Origin: a virus
Virus record (IMG/VR): IMGVR_UViG_3300008107_000253
Coordinates: 7,024-71,023 of that record
Length of the DNA stretch: 64,000 nt
Reading direction: 5' to 3' (one strand)
Of the stretch, positions 59,485 to 64,000 are shown piece by piece (position 1 is the stretch's first letter; every line of letters begins with the position of its first letter). A program made the translations under genes and the position numbers. The notes under the pieces are model-generated. The model had not been told where the DNA came from, did not search any database, and was given only the letters and a program-made list of their open reading frames with translations.

Positions 59485-60194
59485 GAATAGCAGTAACCGG
59501 AACCCAATGTATAGGCAAAACGACATTCATTAATGATTTTTTAATGAGATGGCCGATGTATAAAAGACCCGAAAAGACATATCGTGATTTAATTTCGGAG
59601 AAAAATATCCAACTCAATCAAGGCGGTACTAAAGAAAGCCAAGAAATAATTCTCGATGCACTTTGCGAACAAGCGGAAGAAAATAAAGATGCAAAGCATT
59701 GTATTCATGATCGGTGTGTAATCGATAATCTTGCATATACCTGTTGGCTTGCGGCCAAGAAAAAAGGTGGGGTTACTGATTCCGATGTCACTGCAGCTAT
59801 TCTTCAAGCACGAATGGCTCTCAAGTATTATGATGTTATTTTCTTTTTGCCTGTTTCGACAACATCACCAATTGCAATTGAAGCAAAGGAAAATAGAGAC
59901 ATTGATCTAGACTATCGGAATGAAATTGATCATTTCTTAAAAGCATTCAATGTTGATTATATTCAAAAGAAAGGCAAAATTTTTCCAACAGAAGATTGCC
60001 CTGCCGTCATTGAAGTTTTTGGTGATCGATCAGAAAGACTTCATTTAGTGTCGCTATATGTCAATGAACAAGGCAATGCATATGATGAAAAAGAAGGCTC
60101 ATTAATTTCTTTTGATGGATTTACAGATGAAGAAGAAATGTCTGAATTAGAAAAGAACGAAATTTTGCGCCGTTTGACAGGTCCTAATTCATAA
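59481..60194 (+). CDS. P-loop nucleotide kinase-like protein (AAA_28-type)
   Basis: VTGTQCIGKTT; IHDRCVID; YDVIFF. Confidence 0.8.
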   Translation: MRIAVTGTQCIGKTTFINDFLMRWPMYKRPEKTYRDLISEKNIQLNQGGTKESQEIILDALCEQAEENKDAKHCIHDRCVIDNLAYTCWLAAKKKGGVTDSDVTAAILQARMALKYYDVIFFLPVSTTSPIAIEAKENRDIDLDYRNEIDHFLKAFNVDYIQKKGKIFPTEDCPAVIEVFGDRSERLHLVSLYVNEQGNAYDEKEGSLISFDGFTDEEEMSELEKNEILRRLTGPNS

Positions 60195-60222
60195 ATAGAC
60201 AACCTTGCCAGTAAATAAATAC

Positions 60223-61797
60223 ATGGATATTTTACGTCTTTATAAATTTATCAACGAAAATACCGTTACAAGCATCTTCAATGAAGATGAAGTGATGGAT
60301 GAAATGGCACAAATTACTGGCGATTTGGGTGCTGCTATTAGAGCCGCATACGAAAAGCACAAAGATCAACCTGATAATGTTGTCAGATCAATGATCAAAA
60401 GTGACCCTGAAGTAAGAAATGCATTACAAGGCCAAAAGTTGCATGATAACCAACTAAACAACTTTATCAAAAATGCACGAGCTGGTAAAGAGCAAAGAAC
60501 ACGAAATGTTGCAAAAGTATACAATGCAGAGCCAAAGACCGTAAAACCATCAACCGAACCGACAACAAGCCAAGGAGATGATGAATATACTTGGACTGCA
60601 GATCAACCAAGTGATGAAGACGAGATTAAAGAAATGGCTCAAATTGCTGGTGATTTGGATACTGCAATTCGTTCGGTTATTGATAGCAATCGAAATCTAT
60701 CCGATTCCGATCTTCGTCGCTTAATTCGTCGCGATCTTGCAGTCAGAGACGAACTTGAAAGAACAGGAGAAAAACTACACGACAATCAATTAAATCGTTT
60801 CATTGCAAAGGTTAAGGATGGCAAACCAACAGTCGCACCAAAAGCAGCGGAGCGTGAATGGTCTGAAGAAGAACCAGATAAAGCCGAAATCGCTGCAATG
60901 GTTCGCAAGACAATGGCAAATAAAGCAGGCCGTGCACTAAGTCTTGGATCTGGATTAAAACCAGCCCAGCTAGAAGACATTCTTACCACTCTCGATGCTG
61001 TTGAAGACAACGAAAGAGCATTTGAAGAAATCGCAAAACAACTTGCAGATGATTATGAGTTAACACCAGATGAAGTCAAATCTATCTATCGCCAAGAGAA
61101 AAGCGGCGAACAAGGATACGACGATGAAAGCGACATCCCAGAACCGACAGACAAGGAAGATGAGTATGCACCAAAGCTAAAAATTGATCTTCCTGAACCA
61201 TCAACACAATCTGCTTCTAAAGCAGTATTTGACAAGGCATCTATTCTATTCTCATTCAAGATGGGCGAGACCGAGGTTTTAAACAAAATGCGTCAATGGA
61301 TCGATTCGAGAAACGAAGAAAGAGAGGTCGATGATCCAAGAGGTCAACACCCACTCGCTGGTCTATCTGATGAAAAAGCTGAACAAATTTTTGACGATTT
61401 GAGATCAAATCTTAAAGACGTATCAAAATCAGGCAAATCAAGACTTAAATCCAATCTTCCAGCTGGTGCTGAATATGGCGAGCCTGGTAAAGCAAGAACC
61501 GACACATCAAAAGAAATGGAAAGAGAAATGGATATTGACTATAGTTCATTCCAAAACTTTGCTCAAACCTTTAGTGAAGGTATTAAGACACTCAAATCGA
61601 CAGTTATTACAAGATATCCACAGCAAATTCAATTCAGTGAAGAATTCGTCAATAAATTAGCCGAAGAGTTCTTCAATCATAACGTAGTATCCGAAGATAG
61701 AGGTACAATTCGGAATCTCGAAGAGAAAATGCTCAAAGCGTTAAGAATGCACATTCACGAAATTGCAAGACAATATCGAGAAGCACAACAACAATAA
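60223..61797 (+). CDS. Acidic protein with a duplicated domain, probably virion/internal
   Basis: Two copies of EMAQIxGDL...KLHDNQLNxFI; GTAAATA box 5 nt before the ATG at 60223. Confidence 0.6.
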   Translation: MDILRLYKFINENTVTSIFNEDEVMDEMAQITGDLGAAIRAAYEKHKDQPDNVVRSMIKSDPEVRNALQGQKLHDNQLNNFIKNARAGKEQRTRNVAKVYNAEPKTVKPSTEPTTSQGDDEYTWTADQPSDEDEIKEMAQIAGDLDTAIRSVIDSNRNLSDSDLRRLIRRDLAVRDELERTGEKLHDNQLNRFIAKVKDGKPTVAPKAAEREWSEEEPDKAEIAAMVRKTMANKAGRALSLGSGLKPAQLEDILTTLDAVEDNERAFEEIAKQLADDYELTPDEVKSIYRQEKSGEQGYDDESDIPEPTDKEDEYAPKLKIDLPEPSTQSASKAVFDKASILFSFKMGETEVLNKMRQWIDSRNEEREVDDPRGQHPLAGLSDEKAEQIFDDLRSNLKDVSKSGKSRLKSNLPAGAEYGEPGKARTDTSKEMEREMDIDYSSFQNFAQTFSEGIKTLKSTVITRYPQQIQFSEEFVNKLAEEFFNHNVVSEDRGTIRNLEEKMLKALRMHIHEIARQYREAQQQ

Positions 61798-61800
61798 AAG

Positions 61801-61830
61801 AAAAAAGGGAGCGCAAAGCTCCCTTTTTTT
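61801..61830. terminator. Bidirectional intrinsic terminator
   Basis: AAAAAAGGGAGC-gcaaa-GCTCCCTTTTTT between convergent genes. Confidence 0.88.
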
Positions 61831-61834
61831 GTGC

Positions 61835-62575
61835 TCAATAATTGCCAAATACGGAATCTCGATTATCACTATATGTCTTAATATTGTTAGACATAGCTTC
61901 GACATTTTGATCGTACAACTTAGCCGGGTGTGGTGATTCAGGATTATGATCACCAGGCAGACGACCAAAAATATCCTCGTCCGATACATCTGTAGTTTCT
62001 GCCTCTGGTGGTGCTCCTGGTTCGTACGCATATTCGTATCTTGAAGCTTCAATAAACCACCCATAATGCCTTCCAAGAAAATCACCACCGGCATTTTTGC
62101 GATCATACCTTTTTGTAACCTCAAAGACCTCTGCAGTCCTGCCTCCTTGACGGCCACATCCCGTATTAATAACGACGAATACATCACCAGCTTTAGGTTC
62201 CTGTCCTTTGAAGTATTGATCCCAAGTATCAAAAGGTATAGCCAAACTAACAGCAGCTTTAACAACAATACCAAACCGGCTTAAAGTATTGCTGTTTTCG
62301 CTAATTTCTACATATGCGCGGAATGTTTTATCAACATCAAATCCAGTGGTCATGTCTTCACCAAATAAAGAATTCATTTCTTCGAGTGAAAATTTATAGG
62401 GATAATATCGAATTATAACGCCATATAAATTAATAATTTCATGAAGCCAATTATTATATGATTTTTGTTCACCTGTTGGTTGATCACTACATCCTTGAAT
62501 ATATGACACAGGACCACCTAAATCAGCAGGATTAAATGAAAATGGTTCGTCAGTTGGATTGAAAGTAAAGGCCAT
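61835..62575 (-). CDS. Neck protein (T4 gp14-like)
   Basis: EIINLYG...YYP...LFGED...LSRFGI...PKAGDV...FEVT...YEY; divergent from the gp15-like gene. Confidence 0.8.
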   Translation of the reverse strand: MAFTFNPTDEPFSFNPADLGGPVSYIQGCSDQPTGEQKSYNNWLHEIINLYGVIIRYYPYKFSLEEMNSLFGEDMTTGFDVDKTFRAYVEISENSNTLSRFGIVVKAAVSLAIPFDTWDQYFKGQEPKAGDVFVVINTGCGRQGGRTAEVFEVTKRYDRKNAGGDFLGRHYGWFIEASRYEYAYEPGAPPEAETTDVSDEDIFGRLPGDHNPESPHPAKLYDQNVEAMSNNIKTYSDNRDSVFGNY

Positions 62576-62594
62576 TGATAAATATATTTATCAA
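62575..62594. promoter_or_regulatory. Perfect 20-bp palindrome carrying GATAAATA late-like boxes on both strands
   Basis: TTGATAAATATATTTATCAA is its own reverse complement and fills the gap between divergent ATGs. Confidence 0.7.
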
Positions 62595-62597
62595 AGA

Positions 62598-64000
62598 ATG
62601 CGCGACTATACTTACAATTTTGAAATAGAGGATCTAATCGTACAATTTATTGACGCATTTAATGATGTTGTCATCAAAAGATACAACAAAGACCGTGCTG
62701 TAGAAGACCATCTTCATGTCAACTTTGTTTATGCACCAAAAAAGAGAGTTCTATATGACGTTGTAAATAAGAATCCAAATCCTCGTAATCTGCCAATTAT
62801 ATCAGTCTATATTGATAGCATCGACAGAGATCGAGATAGAGTCGAAAATAAAATTGAAAAAAGTTATTTTGTAAACGATTCAGGCACTCCAAAACAAAGA
62901 CGCCAACCAGTACCAGTCAAAGTACAAATGAGTATGTCGGTGATCACAAAGAGCACCAATGACATGCTGCAGATATTAAGCAATTGGGTGCCATATACTG
63001 ATCCTTATATTTATATTGATGTTATTGATCCATCAACTAAACAAACATTACGCACCAAGGTCGAATGGAGTGGTTCAATAAGACCAGAGCAAGAAATTGA
63101 CGATCCAAAGGAGACATTCCGTACTGGTTTTAGCACATCATTTACCATTTACGGATATCTCTTCAAAAAAATAATTGAAGATGGAGGAAATATTTGTAAG
63201 ATTACAACAAACATGTCTTCAGTCACATCACTGAATAAATGTTTTTTTGATCTTAAAGAATTTGAGACATCTATTGGTTTAACGTCTGCGTACAAGTCGA
63301 CATTTGTAATTAATGGAGTTCCTTATCTGAAATGTATCAATCCAACCTATCTTGTTTTGGGTCACGAAAAATATGATTTTACAATCACAGGCAAAAACTT
63401 GGATTTTACATCTCATTTATTCGTAAGCGGACAGCCTGGAATGTTTCCGGTTTCTGCATACTCGTATTATAATTTTTTCCCAAATCTGAGCACTGTGTCA
63501 GCGATTAGTCCTTGTGCAGAGGTGCCAGCAACCACAACAATTGTCATACAAAGCAGTTGCCAGCCATTTTCAGCTATTCCTATTTCGGCGTTTACTGTCA
63601 CCGAAAATGGACAATCAATGCAATTTACATTGCCATATAATCCAGAAGCATTTGGTGTTTTTGATATTATAGCAACGTCAAAATGTGGTTGTGCTCGTTT
63701 ATCGCTTGATAGCATCTTAGATGAAATTAATCCATACCCACCAGGAACACCAGAGTATGAAAACTTTATTCCATACCAACCACCGCCTGCTGTAAATGGT
63801 GGTGTCGTAGTAGTTCCGATTGACTTTCAGAGCATAATGTCGCGTATTAGCGCTCTTGAGTCTCTCACTGCAAGATCAGTTAATACATCGATTGTTGTTG
63901 AATCTAATAGTTCATATTGGAATCAATCGTATTCAACTCTAACAGCATTTAGTGCATTATGGTCGACAGGAGGCCCGGGAGGGGGTGCATCGGTTGTAAT
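62598..64000 (+). CDS. Partial tail sheath stabiliser/completion protein (T4 gp15-like) with long C-terminal extension
   Basis: Manual translation MRDYTYNFEIEDLIVQFIDAFNDVVIKRY...VNFVYAPKKR...LPIISV resembles gp15. The frame appears open to the window end (segments checked by hand; absent from the ORF track, consistent with no stop). Confidence 0.8.
   Translation, partial: MRDYTYNFEIEDLIVQFIDAFNDVVIKRYNKDRAVEDHLHVNFVYAPKKRVLYDVVNKNPNPRNLPIISVYIDSIDRDRDRVENKIEKSYFVNDSGTPKQRRQPVPVKVQMSMSVITKSTNDMLQILSNWVPYTDPYIYIDVIDPSTKQTLRTKVEWSGSIRPEQEIDDPKETFRTGFSTSFTIYGYLFKKIIEDGGNICKITTNMSSVTSLNKCFFDLKEFETSIGLTSAYKSTFVINGVPYLKCINPTYLVLGHEKYDFTITGKNLDFTSHLFVSGQPGMFPVSAYSYYNFFPNLSTVSAISPCAEVPATTTIVIQSSCQPFSAIPISAFTVTENGQSMQFTLPYNPEAFGVFDIIATSKCGCARLSLDSILDEINPYPPGTPEYENFIPYQPPPAVNGGVVVVPIDFQSIMSRISALESLTARSVNTSIVVESNSSYWNQSYSTLTAFSALWSTGGPGGGASVV

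Overview
This window is a 64-kb, AT-rich segment of a large T4-like myovirus genome (Caudoviricetes). It contains no rRNA, tRNA, CRISPR array or recognisable mobile element. The replication/recombination core comprises a family B DNA polymerase, primase, gp41 helicase, gp32, gp45, gp62, UvsX/UvsW/UvsY, gp46/gp47, RNase H and the gp55 late sigma factor. Morphogenesis genes include terminase, sheath, tube, baseplate gp26/gp27/gp48/gp53/gp5-like genes, neck gp14 and gp15. The most notable accessory content is: (1) a dispersed 7-deazaguanine DNA-modification pathway with unusual partners, namely a queC-GT2-glutamine amidotransferase-denV-DUF366 cluster, a TGT/DpdA-fold gene coupled to the DNA polymerase and followed by a nucleotide kinase and a purine PRTase, and folE; (2) a glycosyl/methyltransferase island splitting gp47 from gp46, plus a sequon-rich 14-aa-repeat fibre protein whose motif recurs in an extended gp15; (3) a window-wide promoter layout in which sigma70-like -10 boxes and T4-late-like TAA(A/G)TA boxes mostly sit 5-8 nt upstream of start codons, with no evident Shine-Dalgarno sequence, suggesting largely leaderless mRNAs. 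Several genes show frameshifts or apparent internal deletions that may be assembly artefacts. All functional calls come from motif recognition by eye; no database searches were run.
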